DNA of 64,000 nucleotides from Octopus sinensis (Eukaryota). The stretch is from NCBI RefSeq assembly GCF_006345805.1, contig NW_021832435.1, positions 53,392-117,391 on the forward strand. Direction: 5' to 3'. The position numbers were made by a program, and so were the translations under genes. Below, one piece after another: positions 12,544 to 25,628 of the stretch. Each line of letters opens with the position of its first letter. Position 1 is the stretch's first letter. The notes beneath the pieces were generated by a model. The model searched no databases. It was not told the DNA's origin and saw only the letters and a program-made list of their open reading frames with translations.

Positions 12544-12905
12544 TCATCATCATCATCGTTTAACGTCTCCTTTCCATGCTAGCATGGGTTGGAGGTTCAA
12601 CTGGGGTCTGGGGAGCCCGAAGGCTGCACCAGGCCAGTCAGATCTGGCAGTTGTTTCTACAGCTGGATGCCCTTCCTAACGCCAACCACTCCGAGAGTGT
12701 AGTGGGTGATTTTATGTGCCACCGACACAGGTGCCAGACGAGGCTGGCGAACGGCCACGCATGGATGGTGTTTTTTTATGTGCCACCGACACAGGTGCAA
12801 GACGAGGCTGGCAGACGGCCACGCTCGGATGGTGTTTTTTTATGTTGGTGCCAGACGAGGCTGGCGAACGGCTACGCTTGGATGGTTTTTTTTTATGTGC
12901 CACCG
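12544..12905 (-). mobile_element. (GAT)n-tailed RTE 3' UTR copy with internal tandem duplications
   Basis: catcatcatcgtttaacgtc..ctggatgcccttcctaacgccaaccactccgagagtgtag; ccagacgaggctggcgaacggccacgc repeated three times. Confidence 0.8.
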
Positions 12906-13199
12906 AAAACTACAAAAAGTGGTTATCTGTCAGTTTCAAGGATCTCTTTTTTTTTTCCCAGTTGATCAATCAGTCGAAGCTTGTCTTACAATTGTATTAA
13001 ATGTAAGTGGCTGAATATTCCATAGTTTGCGGACTCTCCTGTTGTAGACGACAGATGAGGATTCTGCAATTTCTTGTTGAACAACCTGCACAGATAGTGT
13101 TTATAGTGCTGTGCTTGAGAAGATCCATCAAGCCAAGTGAAATCGTAGTTGGGGCCAATGCCAGTGCCACATACCTGGCACCCATGCCGGTGGCACATA

Positions 13200-13605
13200 A
13201 AGATTATCCTTCAAACTTTGGGCACAGTATATTGCCACAGGTTTCATTATTTGACAAGGTGTGCAGCTTAGAGATAAGGGAGTTTTTTTCAGGTCAAGCC
13301 ACCACTTTTCCACATTGGGAGGTCACAGCTCCAGTACTTCTGACATGTGGTTAGAATGTTGCTGGAAAGAATCACAAGATGGATTCTTCAAGCTGAGCCA
13401 ACCAACAGGAGACCTAGGGAATAGACGAATGAGATGATTGGAGAATATCAGGGTTTTTTGATTGGTCATTCTGGGGAATCCAGCCAGAAAGTCTGATGAT
13501 GGTTGCTTCTAATAGGGTCTTACAGTGGAGGTGCTTAAGGACTCTATCTTAATAACCCTCTCATGAAAAGCAAGCAGAGAAAATGGACAGAGGATGGATG
13601 AAATT
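13200..13605 (+). mobile_element. Decayed RTE LINE 3' end, (GGAT)n-tail family
   Basis: Frameshifted translation resembles ..QAEPTGRRPRGRPRTRWLENI..; ends ggatggatgaaatt; homologous to 49935-50215 and 57795-57980. Confidence 0.65.
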
Positions 13606-13671
13606 CTTAACCAATCAGCTTGCTTGTGCCTGTTGGAATTTAAAACTTTTTTTCACTTACAGTACACTTAT

Positions 13672-14055
13672 ATATTTCTTTACTACCCACAAGGGGACAA
13701 ACAAGAACAGACAAAGGGATTAAGTCGATTACATCAACCCCCAGTGCGAAACTGATACTTTATTTATCGACCCCGAAAGGATGAAAGGCACAGTCGACCT
13801 CGGCAGAATTTGAACAAGGACAGACAAAGGGATTAAGTCGATTACATCGACTCCAGTGCGAAACTGGTACTTTATTTAGCGACCTCGAAAGGATGAAAGG
13901 CAAAGTCGACCTTGGCGGAATTTGAACAAGGACAGACAAAGGGATTAAGTCGATTACATCGACTCCAGTGCGAAACTGATACTTTATTTATCGACCCCAA
14001 AAGGATGAAAGGCAAAGTCGACCTCGGCGGAATTTGAACTCAGAACGTAACGGCT
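13672..14055 (-). mobile_element. Nin/Deu-domain SINE (family B) with an internal ~112-bp unit triplicated
   Basis: aaggacagacaaagggattaagtcgattacatc...gtcgacctcggcggaatttgaac x3. Confidence 0.85.
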
Positions 14056-14789
14056 AAAAACTAACTAAAAATATATCTAAAAGTATCAGGAGAAAAAATT
14101 ATTATATTTAGGTGACATTGTGACACACTTAGCTTCGTCTCATGGCTCACCAGTTGCAGTGCACTGGTCTATAGAGTGGTCTAGAAACCATTTTGGAGAC
14201 TAATGAAGTCTACAGACTGGGTACCATGGGTCCCTGCAACCTTTTTCTCACTTGTGGTACCTTTGTATTCTTTTCAAAATTCGGCGGCACACCTGGACCG
14301 AAAATATATCTAAAAGCATAGGAAAAAAAAAATTATATATTCAGGTTACACTGTGACACACCTAGCATCGTCTTGTGGCACGCCAGTGTGCAGTGGCATA
14401 CCGGATGCAGAGCACTTGCTCTAGACATGTATCTTGAGGTAAAAAAAAAAATCTTTCACTTCATGACATCAGCAAAAATTTCTGCCATAAACAGACAAAA
14501 AAGAATGCAATTTTTTTGTGTTTTTCTTTTTTCTTTTTTCTTGATCTCTTTTTTTTTATTTTTCTTTAACTTTCTTTGAATTGTTTCATTTTTTTTCTTT
14601 GTAATTCATTTATTTGTTGTTATTTTGTTTTGTTTCAATATTATGTTTTGGGTATATTTTTTGTGTATGTTTTTTTCCGTGGCGTTTTCTTTTTGGCGAA
14701 TTTATGTTACGTTTGTTTTTGACAATCATTTTTATCAAACTATGAGATCTAAGTCAGCGACAACTGATACAGACACCCTAGGATCGCAC

Positions 14790-15076
14790 ACCCATACGCG
14801 CACATACACACATGTGCAAACGCGTATACTTACATATGAGCCCACATGAGCACTCACGCATGCACACACATATGAGCACACATGTACACACAAATATATA
14901 TATGTACACACATGTATATTTATATAAGCACACATGTACACACAAATATATATGTACACACATGTATATATATGAGCACACATGTACACATAAATATATA
15001 TATACGTACACACACGTATATATATATATGAATACACATATACACACAAATATATATATATCTACATATACACGTG

Positions 15077-15108
<32 letters not shown>

Positions 15109-15225
15109 TAAGCACACATGTACACACATACAAGATCACATGTACACACATATGAGCACATGTACACTCACTCAATCACACATACACACGCATGCATGCA
15201 CGCACACACACACACACACACATGA
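14790..15225. repeat. Compound microsatellite/minisatellite
   Basis: acacatgtacacacaaatatatatgt units plus (TA)n and (CA)n. Confidence 0.92.
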
Positions 15226-15717
15226 GGGCATGGCCTGACACATTCTCCGCCATCATCTCTCTCTCACTACCACTCTTTATATTAATCTCCAACCCCCTCT
15301 ATTTACTACTCTACAGCATGACACCTATACCTGTCTCCTCTATATCTTAAATCTCTCAATTGACACAATGCCACACCCACTCAATACACCTCCTCCACCT
15401 CAATACAATTCGCTCCTACCCCCTGCCCAGTTGAGGGGTTTTTGTCTTGCAAGATACTCGATGACCCTGTTGGTGCTGGTGCCACGTAAAAAGCTCCAGT
15501 GGGGCTTCCACGTTAAAAGCGCATTCTTTGTGAGTGAATTTTACATGTTTTAGTCATACAAATTGACCTCCCAGGACTTTACATTTTTAAAGCCTGGTAT
15601 TTATTCTATCAGTCTCTATTGCCAAACCACTAAGTCACAGGGATGTAAACACACCATCGGGCCAGCCAAAGCCTTGTGAGTGGATTTGGCAGATGGAAAC
15701 TGAAAGAAGCCTGTCAG

Positions 15718-15751
<34 letters not shown>

Positions 15752-16482
15752 ACATTTGTGTGTCTGTGTTTGTCCTCCCAACATCGCTTGACAACTGATG
15801 CTGGCCCTCGTGCCGGTGGCACATAAAAGCACCCATTACACTTCCGGAGTGTTTGGCATTAGGAAGGGCATCCATGTGTAGAAACTCTGCCAGATCAAGA
15901 TTGAAGCCCGGGTTATTTCCCAACCATATGGTTCCGGGTTCAGTCCCACTGCGTGGCACCTTGAGCAGGTACCTCGGCCAACCAAAGCCTTGTGAGTGAA
16001 AGAAGCCTGTTGTGTGTATGTATGTGTGTGTGTGTATATGTATGTATGTATGTATATTTTTTTGTGTCTGTGCTTGTCCCCCCCATCACTGCTTGACAAC
16101 TGGTGTTGGTGTGTTTATGCCCTCCATAACTTAGCAGTTTGGCAAAGGAGACCAATAGAATAAGTACTAGGCTTACAAAAATAAGTCCAGGCATGGCCAA
16201 AGTCAAATTTCTGAAACAAGTAAAAAAAATAAAAGAATAGAAAAGACAATGTCTTAGGTTCGCAGAATTAGTGAAGTACAAAGTGATACCTCAACCATGA
16301 AAGGGAATATTTTTACCTTTCGTTTTTATTGTCCGCGATGTCCCTTAAATTGCCTGATACATCTGTTGTTGAGATGGTGGTGGTTTTACTAGTGGGAAGG
16401 CACACTTATGAGTTCAATATCCGGTGTATAAAGTGTATTGCCCTTGAGCAATACACTTTATTTCATGTTGCTCCAATCCATT

Positions 16483-16935
16483 CATCATCATCATCGTTTA
16501 ACGTCCGCTTTCCATGCTAGCCTGGGTTGGACGTATGACTTAGGGCTGGCGAACCAGATGGCTGCACCAGGCTTCAATCTTGATCTGGCAGAGTTTCTAC
16601 AGCTGGATGCCCTTCCTAACGCCAACCACTCCGAGAGTGTAGTGGGTGCTTTTATGTGCCACCGGCACGGAGTGAGTCAGGCAGCACTGGCAACGACCTC
16701 GCTTGAATCTTTTACACATGCCACCAGCGCAGGTGCCAGTAAGGCGATGCTGGTAATGATCACGCTCGAATGGTGTCTTTTACGTGCCACCGGCACGGAG
16801 GCCAGAGAGCCGCTCTGGCAGCGATCATGCTTGGATGGTGCTCTTAATACCCTACTAGCATGGGGCTCGAGTACCAGTAATGCAACACTGGTAATGATCA
16901 CGTTCGAATGGTGCCTTTTAAGTGCCACTCGCTGG
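16483..16935 (-). mobile_element. (GAT)n-tailed RTE 3' UTR copy
   Basis: Same family as 9567-10122. Confidence 0.82.
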
Positions 16936-16949
16936 TAAAAATGAGTAGT

Positions 16950-17385
16950 ATTTGTACTTCAAAGGGCCAGCCTTGTCACATTGTGTCACTCTGAATCTCC
17001 TTATAAACTACATTAAGGGTTCGCATGTCTGCAGAATATTCAACCACCTGCACATTAATTTCACAAACTGGCTGTTCCAGTGATCAAGTTGATTAGAACA
17101 CTCGTCAGTGACAGATGAACTGATAAGTTACACTGAATCTCCCTGAGAACTAAGGATATGTGTGTCTGTGGAGTACTCGGCCATGTTAATTTCACGAGCA
17201 GGTTCCACCATTGATCAGATCAATTCGGACACTTATTAACAACAGCAAACCAAATCTCTCTTTGAGAACTAAGCATACACGTGTTTTTGGAGTGCTCAGC
17301 CACATGCATGTTAATTTCACGAGCCGGCTGTTCTGATGAGTGAATTAACTGGAACACTCTTCGTCGATAACTGACGAAGTACCAT
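16950..17385 (-). repeat. Tandem decayed units of an interspersed repeat
   Basis: About four ~100-bp units (gaatctccctgagaact..gtgtctgtggagtactcggcc..ttaatttcacgagc); family also at 26985-27035, 27178-27370 (+) and 29830-29990 (-). Confidence 0.65.
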
Positions 17386-18072
17386 TTGGCTTGTGGCATT
17401 ACTGTACTAACAATATAAATTGTTTTTTAGATGATGGTATTGGTGATAGTAGTAGTGGTGGTGTTACTGGTGTTTAAGGTAGCGGCTGGGGATGAAGCGA
17501 TAATTATATTTTCCAAGTTGTTTATATCTCTCCTAGAGGAAATAAAATGAATTATAAAAATAAATAATAATAAAAACCAAAAAACAAAAAAAAAAAACAA
17601 GAAACCAAAAAATATCCGACCCAAATTTTCTGTCTGCCAGAGATATTAAAATCTAAGTATCTATTAGATATTTATAATCAGTGGATTAAGGATAGGTGGG
17701 TATATATTCATGCTCACACTTACAAGTAAATCTCTCTCTCTCTTGCTCTCATATAATCGGTGTGATCTCCAGTCCACAGCAGATGAAGGGTGCGTCTTGC
17801 AGTGCAAGCTGTATATGAAATAAAGATATGTCTGTGTGTCTATGTATGTATGTGTGTGTGTATGTATCTATGTATGTATAATATACTATTGGACCTCTTA
17901 TTTGGTTTCCAGAAACCTGATTATATAATGCAATATCGTGCAATAATATGCTGTACTCTGTATTGAGTAAATGGTCTGCATCTTTGAAGTTGACTAATTT
18001 GCATAATGGTGTGTTAAAAATTGCTTTGTTCTTTAATCTGTATCATCCACATAAAAAAGGTAAACATGCTTT

Positions 18073-18496
18073 AGGTGCAGGAGTGGCTGTGTGGTAAGTA
18101 GCTTGCTAACCAACCACATGGTTCCGGGTTCAGTCCCACTGCGTGGTATCTTTGGCAAATGTCTTCTGCTATAGCCTCGGGCCGACCAAAGCCTTGTGAG
18201 TGGATTTGGTAGACGGAAACTGAAAGAAGCCTGTCGTATATATATATATATATATAATATATATATATATATATGTATGTGTGTGTATATGTTTGTGTGT
18301 CTGTGTTTGTCCCCCTAGCATTACTTGACAACCGATGCTAGTGTGTTTACGTCCCCGTCACTTAGCGGTTCGGCAAAAGAGACCGGTAGAATTAGTACTG
18401 GGCTTACAAAAGAATAAGTCCCGGGGCCGAGTTGCTCGATTAAAGGCGGTGCTCCAGCATGGCCGCAGTGAAATGACTGAAACAAGTAAAAGAGTA
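18073..18496 (+). mobile_element. SINE family A, full length
   Basis: A/B boxes, internal microsatellite and tail. Confidence 0.92.
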
Positions 18497-18833
18497 TGCT
18501 CTGCTTTAGAATTGTGCTAATTTGTACCTGTATCTTTAAAATAAAATGAAGCTCTGCTTTTCTGCCTTTGAATTTTCATTGTATAAATATTATACTGTAT
18601 CCATGGTACAGTATGATATGCTTTTAGAATTTTAAATGGATTAATATATATATCAAACAGGCCCTGCTTTGGAATTGTATTAATTTGAACCCCTTAAATA
18701 CAATTTTTTTTTTTTTTTTTTTCATAGGTCATTTTATATTTTAAGCATATACTTCTACTGTGTCCAGAAAAAAAAAAAAAATTTAGAAACTTGGGCCATT
18801 TCTGGCACCAAGCTTTCAAGATATTTGGTCTGG

Positions 18834-18876
<43 letters not shown>

Positions 18877-18877
<1 letters not shown>

Positions 18878-19048
18878 TTTATTTAAAGCAGCAGAAAATT
18901 CAACAAACCTGTTACCTGAGTTTCACGTTTCCGTAACAGAGTAGCAGGTTTTGTTGAAATTTCTGCTGCTTTAAATAAAGCATATTACTCTACCACTGGT
19001 ATTTGAGTACTCTTTTTTCCACCTTGTTTCACATTTATGTGTTTACTC

Positions 19049-19051
<3 letters not shown>
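18877..19051. mobile_element. Palindromic Penelope-like tail element, centre deleted
   Basis: Arms ctttatttaaagcagcagaaaattcaac.. / ..gttgaaatttctgctgctttaaataaag plus the same 70-bp extension as the 29407 copy. Confidence 0.75.
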
Positions 19052-19097
<46 letters not shown>

Positions 19098-19154
19098 GTA
19101 TTATTATTATTATTATTGTTATTATTGTTACTATTAAAAACATTATAGCTGAAT

Positions 19155-19512
19155 AGGTGCAGGAGTGGCTGTGTGGTAAGTAGCTTGCTTACCAACCACA
19201 TAGTTATGGGTTCAGTCCCACTGCATGGCACCTTGGGAAAGTGTCTACTATAGCCTTAGGATGACCAAAGCCTTGTTAGTGGATTTGGTAGATAGGAACT
19301 GAAAGAAGCTTGTCATATTATATATATATGTATATATTTGTGTTATGTGTGTCTGTAACAATCGATATTGGTGTGTTTACGTGCCCGTAACGTAGCAGTT
19401 CAGCAAAAGAGACCAATAAGTTAAGTACTAAGTTTACAAAGAATAAGTCCTGGGGTCGATCTGTTCAACTAAAGGTAGCACTCCAGTATGGCCACATTCA
19501 AATAACTGAAAG
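19155..19512 (+). mobile_element. SINE family A, diverged
   Basis: A/B boxes and tail recognisable. Confidence 0.85.
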
Positions 19513-20477
19513 GCTACAATTTCCTGTACTCAATTACCCAATGTTTGTATGTGTGTGTGGATAAAAAGTATGCCGTCATGGTTGAGTGGTTACAAAGTTT
19601 TCGGCCATGTACGCTCAGGTATGGCCATGTAATTAATAGGTTTGCTTTGAAGTCACCTTGTTTCAGATAAGATCTCGTTGCATTCCATTTTGGCCAAGTA
19701 TCCGTCTCAGGTTGACCAAACCTCATAAGTAAAATTTAGGATATAGAAACTGTACGGAAACTTGTTGTGTGTGTGTATGTACGTACAGTATAATTTATGG
19801 GTGTGTGTGCATGTGTATGTACAATATATGTATGGAGACGTGTGCGTGTGCATGCATGTGTATGTACAATATGTGTAGATGTGTGTGTATGTGTGTTATC
19901 ATCAACATTCATCATCTGTTTTCCATGCTGGCATGGTTTGGGTACTTTGACAGGACCTGACGAGTCATAGGCCTGTCAAGCTCCAATTCGTGGAGGCACA
20001 TGGCCTAGTGGTTAGAGCAGCAAACTTGCGGTCAAGGGATCGCGGGTTCGAATCTCAGACCAGGCGATGTGTATGTTTATGAGCGAAACACCTAAGCTCC
20101 ACGCAGCTCCAGCAGAAGGTAATGGCAAACTTCTGCTGACTGTTTCACCACTCTTTCCTCCTGCATCTTGCAGCTCACCTGCGACGGAGTGACGTCCCAT
20201 CCAGGTGGGGAACCTATGCACCAAGGAAACCAGGGAACCGGCCCTTATGAGCCAGGCATGGCTCAAGAAGGAAACAAGCTCCAGTTGTCTGTTTGACAGG
20301 GTTTCTATTGCTGGATGCCCTTCTTAATGTCAGCCACTTTACAGTGTATACTAGGTGCTCTTTTTTTGTTGCGGTACTCATGTTAGTGAGGTCACTGAGT
20401 AATTAACAAAATAAAAAAGAACCCACCCCCACCTCGACTGAGTGGGGGAATATTTGAGCGAAGGAATTGTGACTTAA

Positions 20478-20698
20478 CCCTCTAGCATTTAAACCAGGCA
20501 TATCCGGCCAAAAGTATTCTGCCTGTTTTATGTTCAAACTGGCCAGATCTGGTCTCTCACACCAACCCTACAATATCGTTTTAAAAATTAACAGCTACCT
20601 CATCAAAATATCATAGCTACAAGATAATGCATGATTATTTCAAAACAATGTGGATAAAAAAGGATTAATTTTGGCAGAATAATGCGAACACTAAAGGG
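20478..20698. mobile_element. piggyBac-type MITE family 1
   Basis: TTAA-CCCTCTAG ... CTAAAGGG-TTAA; homologous to 2999-3221. Confidence 0.85.
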
Positions 20699-20818
20699 TT
20701 AATGTCACATAATGAAATGCTAAAATGTAATAGAGTACCGGTGTCTTGTTACAGATATAATTCATGGCTACCCTGCATTATATAAAGGTAAAAGAGAGTA
20801 ACTAGAAAGAAGATAAAT

Positions 20819-21213
20819 AGGCGCAGGAGTGGCTGTGTGGTAAGTAGCTTGCTAGCCAATCACATGGTTCCGGGTTCAGTTCCACTGCGTGGCATCTTGG
20901 GCAAGTGTCTTCTGCTATAGCCCCGGGCCAACCAATGCCTTGTGAGTAGATTTGGTAGACAGAAACTGAAAGAAGCCTGTCGTATATATGTGTGTATATA
21001 TATATATATATGTGTGTGTATGTGTTTGTCTCCCTAGCATTGCTTGACAACCGATGCTGGTGTGTTTACGTCCCCGTCACTTAGCGGTTCGGCAAAAGAG
21101 ACCGATAGAATAAGTACTTGGCTTACAAAGATTAAGTCCCGGGGTTGATTTGCTCGACTAAAGGTGGTGCTCCAGCATGGCCACAGTCAAATGACTGAAA
21201 CAAGTAAAAGAGT
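20819..21213 (+). mobile_element. SINE family A, full length
   Basis: Consensus-like copy. Confidence 0.92.
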
Positions 21214-21329
21214 ATGGTAGATGAACCAGAGCAAACTCTCAGAATACAAGGTGGTATGTATAGGAGAGATTACAGGTAACAATCAGGGAGAGAAGAGATG
21301 GAAAATTTCAGCTTAACTATTCTACTGCA

Positions 21330-21712
21330 TCAACATCATTGTTCGACCGTGGTCGAGACAATGGAATTTACCATGCTACGCCAGACTTCACGGTCCATCA
21401 TGGCATTACGGAGGTCCTGTTGCTGGATGCCTGTATCCCTGGAGATTACATCAGGGTAGGAGAGTGTGCGCCCTCTGGTATTGCGAGTAGATGGCTTCCA
21501 GAGGAGAAGAGTAGAAATTACCTCGTTTTCAGCTCTAGAACAATGTCCAGCAAACTGGACTCTCCTACCTTTCACAAAAGATGACACAGGTGGTAGTTTC
21601 CCATATATTTGCATTTTGGTTGGATGGCGCTTCCACGAGAGATTTTGAGCTCTCATAAGGAGGCGAGTGTAGGTTCCATCCAACTGCCTCTCGAGCTTCT
21701 TTGATAACGTGA
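21330..21712 (-). mobile_element. 5'-truncated RTE/RTE-X-type LINE, ORF C-terminus in an open frame
   Basis: TLSKKLERQLDGTYTRLLMRAQNLSWKRHPT..RRVQFAGHCSRA..DREVWRSMV..* followed by a tgatgttgatg tail; typical post-RT region of RTE-clade elements. Confidence 0.85.
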
Positions 21713-23087
21713 TTACCTCAGTTACTTTATTTAGCCTTTTCTCTGCCAAAAACATTCATACTCTACCTACCCCATCATCACTGCCTGTTCTTTTCCCACA
21801 GGGAATGTTAACTGAAGCTCCCCTCCATCTTAACTCTTGCACACAGCACACACGTCTACCTACCTCTGCTCCAGCATTACAATCTCAGGTCCTGCTTTTC
21901 ATTGTGCTGGCATTGGTTTGTGGTGGACCTGAAGTTGTAGACTCGGAAAGAAAGAGGAGCTGAGTTGGATGACTGACACGATTGCCTGCGAAGGATATTT
22001 GTATGAACACTTGCCAGCTGGCAAGAGTTCTCTTGTAAATGTCTAGTTAATTCAATCAAGCAATTACTCAATGAATTACAATTTCCCCAATCCCGCAAAC
22101 CATTTAGGGCAAGCGTCTGCAGAGAAGATAGAAGAGGGGGGGAGAGGAGGAAGCAGGAGGGTTCTGGCTAGGCAGAAGTGAAGAGGGGGGTACATGACAG
22201 GAATTCGTATCTTTATATGTAATCATTACACACACACAAACAAGCATGTGCGCACACCCAGTTGCACATAGGTTTATATATACTTCTCATGCATGCGACA
22301 GAGGGAATACACCCAAACATCATATTTATACATAAAAGAGAAAGGAAGGGGGGGGGGGTTGTTAAGGAGTTGCTAGGGAATTTAAATCCTGTACATCTCA
22401 ATAAAGATGATGATGGTGGAGTGGGGTAGATGGGTGGAGAGGGGTATGAAAGCCATGGGCCCACATGTTGTTTACTTAACGAGAAATTTCTATAGAAATA
22501 AACTTGATATTATTACTCGGACTTCATAAAATAATTTCGGTAATTATTTCCTTTTTCTTTTTTTTCTTTTTTTTTTTTTGTTCTGGAGCCCTAGGACTTG
22601 TACGGGCCAGTTACTTGATTTCTATGGCATATAAGGGACCGACATCACAATATTGCTCTGAAAGGAACACTGGTCCAATGCAGGGTTCAAAATGTTTTAA
22701 GGGGAAGCATGTGGATGGGGGTGGGGGACGAGTTGCTGGCATCAATCCTTGTACTTGATTGGTGCTTTATTAACTCTTATTCATCACTTTGTCGTGCACA
22801 TGATGCCCCAGGCTGTGGAGCGAAAAAGGGCTGGGGGTCAACTTAAGTCAGCTTGAATCTATAATATAAAAAACACTTGCCCGTGGGATTGAACTCAGAA
22901 TCATGTGGCTTGAGTTAACTCCTTAGGGACGAAAGGCAGAGATGACCTTGGTGGGATTTGGACCCAAAATGTAAAACCCTAGAAGAAATGTCATTAAGCA
23001 TTTTGTCTGAAGTATTAGTGAGTTTACTAGCTCTTCTATAATTTATTATTATTATTAGGGCTTTATAATAATAATAATAATAATAAT

Positions 23088-23285
23088 CTTTTCCTATTTT
23101 ACTTGTTTCGGTCATTTGACTGCGGCCATGCTGGAGCACTAACTTTAGTTGAGCAAATTGACACCATGACTTATTCTTTGTAAGCCTAGTACTTATTCTA
23201 TTGGTCTCTTCTGCCAAACCGCTAAGTGACGGGTACGTAAACACACCAGCATTGGTTGTCAAGCGATGTTGGGGGGACAAACACA

Positions 23286-23333
<48 letters not shown>

Positions 23334-23480
23334 CAAATATACGATGGGCTTCTTTCAGTTTCCGTCTACCAAATCCACTCACAAGGCTTTGGTTGGCCTG
23401 AGGCTATAGTAGAAGACACTTGCCTAAGGTGCCACGCAGTGGGACTGAACCCAGTACCATGTGGTTGGTAAGCAAGCTAC
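23088..23480 (-). mobile_element. SINE family A
   Basis: Reverse-complement copy. Confidence 0.88.
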
Positions 23481-24045
23481 TTACCACACATATCTAAGAG
23501 CTTAAGTAAATCCCAACACAGGATTGAAACTGGATTGATACCTTACCCAAGGTGTCATGCAATAGGAGTGAACCCAGAACATGTGGTTGGGAAGCAAGCT
23601 TCTTATTTCTTTATTGCCCACAAGGGGCTAAACATAGAGGGGGCAAACAAGGACAGGCAAAGGGATTAAGTCGATTACATCTGCCCCAGTGTGTAACTGG
23701 TACTTAATTTATCAACACCAAAAGGATGAAAGGCAAAGTTGACCTTGGCGGGATTTGAACTCAGAACGTAAAGACAGATGAAATACTGCTAAGCATTTTG
23801 CCCGGCGTGCTAACGTGTCTGCCAGCTCGCCGCCTTCTTTCAGTTTCTGTCTACCAAACTGCAAGGTTTGGGTAGCCCAAAGCTATAGTAGAAAACACTT
23901 TTCCAGAATGCCACGCAGTGGGACTGAACCAAGAATTATGTGGTCGGGAGGCAAACTTCTTAACCACGCAACCACGCATAATACCTGACTTTAAAAATGA
24001 GGAAAGTCCTGGAGTCAACTAAAGTCCTCCAATGTGGTGCCCCAG

Positions 24046-24377
24046 TCCATCTCCTCCTCACCATGGTGGGGACGCTGGCAACAGGTAGTGCCAGAGCTAT
24101 GCCGTCGGGAACTTCGGTTCCTGGTAGGGCCACCCAAGGCAGATTGGTCTGACACTGAGTGGTATTAGGGCCACAACCTAGTGAAAATCCTCGGAGTGTC
24201 TGTTTCAGTAACCGGCGGCTCCTCGGTCATTCTGTCCCTGCATCTACGGACAATCTGCAGCAAACAGGATGTCTCTACATGCGGGATTGTTGGGGAATGC
24301 TTGTGAAATCCACATATTCCCACGAAACTTCTTCCATGGTAGAAGAAGCCGGCTCAACCTGCCTGGGGTGAATGTCG
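24046..24377. other. GC-rich structured insertion inside a SINE A tail
   Basis: Flanked by direct repeat gccccag (24039-24045, 24378-24384); contains a ggaac-UUCG-gttcc hairpin. Confidence 0.55.
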
Positions 24378-25215
24378 GCCCCAGCTTGGCTGCAGCCCCA
24401 ATGACTGAAGTAAAATAAAAAGAAATAAAATAAAATAAAATATAAGAATAATACTAGAAAACAAAAAAAAAAAAAATTCTACTGAAGAAAAAAATTGTCA
24501 TTCACAAAACACACCCATACCATCAACAATAACAACGACGAAAATGCCAAGTACAACAACAACAACAATAATATTAAGCTGTACACTACAACAATGTGCT
24601 TGCCGCCGACTACTATCCTGTTAATTGATTCCAAAAACTACCAAATGTTTTAGGCGAAATGCTTGCGGCAGGGCGGGCGGCAGAAATGGCGATTGCTTTC
24701 TTTTTGGTGGGGAGAAAAAAAGAAAGGCATTTTTCGGCACCTCTGTTTTAAGCTGGCAACAGCAGGTTGGAGATAAGAGACTGTGCAGCTGTTTTAAAAT
24801 ATGCCAGTGTTGTTCTTTACCATCCATTGCTCATTATGATGATGATGATGATGATGATGATGATGGTGAAGGATGAAGGCGATACCCCACTCTCAAAGCA
24901 TAGCTGACTTTTGTAGCCAGTCCGTTTTGGCTTTGAATAATAAGAAATGAAAGAAAAATAAGAATAAATAAGAGAGAGAGAGAAGAGAGAGAGGCAGGCT
25001 TCCAGGTACACGAGTGATGAACAAACAGATGTCAAAGACACTTATTCAACCAATTATGATATTTATATTGCTTTGACCTGAATATCTGTGTCTGTCTGTT
25101 TGTCTGTCTGTGAACGTGTACGTATATATACGCACATATACATAGGCACATGTGTGTGTGTTTATATATCTGTGTGTGTGTGCATACATATATATATATA
25201 TATATATATATGCAC

Positions 25216-25447
25216 AGGCGGCGAGCTGGCAGAAACGTTAGCACGTCGGGCGAAATGCGTAGCCGTATTTCGTCTGCCGTTACGTCCTGAGTTCAAATTC
25301 CGCCGAGGTCGACTTTGCCTTTCATCCTTTCGGGGTCGATTAAATAAGTACCAGTTACCCACTGGGGTCGATGTAATCGACTTAATCCGTTTGTCTGTCC
25401 TTGTTTGTCCCCTCTGTGTTTAGCCCCTTGTGGGTAGTAAAGAAATA
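25216..25447 (+). mobile_element. Nin/Deu-domain SINE family B, full monomer
   Basis: aggcggcgagctggcagaaacgttagc..gagttcaaattcc..ggtcgactttgcctttcatcctttcggggtcgattaaataagtaccag..gtagtaaagaaata. Confidence 0.9.
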
Positions 25448-25628
25448 ATATATATATGCACAGACATAAATGTGTATGTGCATATGCACACACACACAAA
25501 CGTGAGTGCATGTGTGTGTATATACATGTATTTATGTATGTATGTGTGTATATATATATGTAGGTCCCGGGTTGAGTCTGGGTTAACCACACGTAAATAA
25601 GGTACTCAATACATAGCAGAGTAAAGTA

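Noticed and set aside
19948-19980. CUGACGA between ttgacagg/cctgtcaa inverted repeats
   Set aside because: No stem II-GAAA or stem III; lies in a decayed RTE tail.
21865-21935. Minus-strand segment with a good GTAGGT donor
   Set aside because: Stops in all three frames after the nearest acceptor; could only be UTR, and there is no further evidence.
24061-24160. HDV-like or twister ribozyme fold
   Set aside because: P1/P1.1/P2/P3 or twister pseudoknots could not be assigned consistently; kept only as a structured insert.
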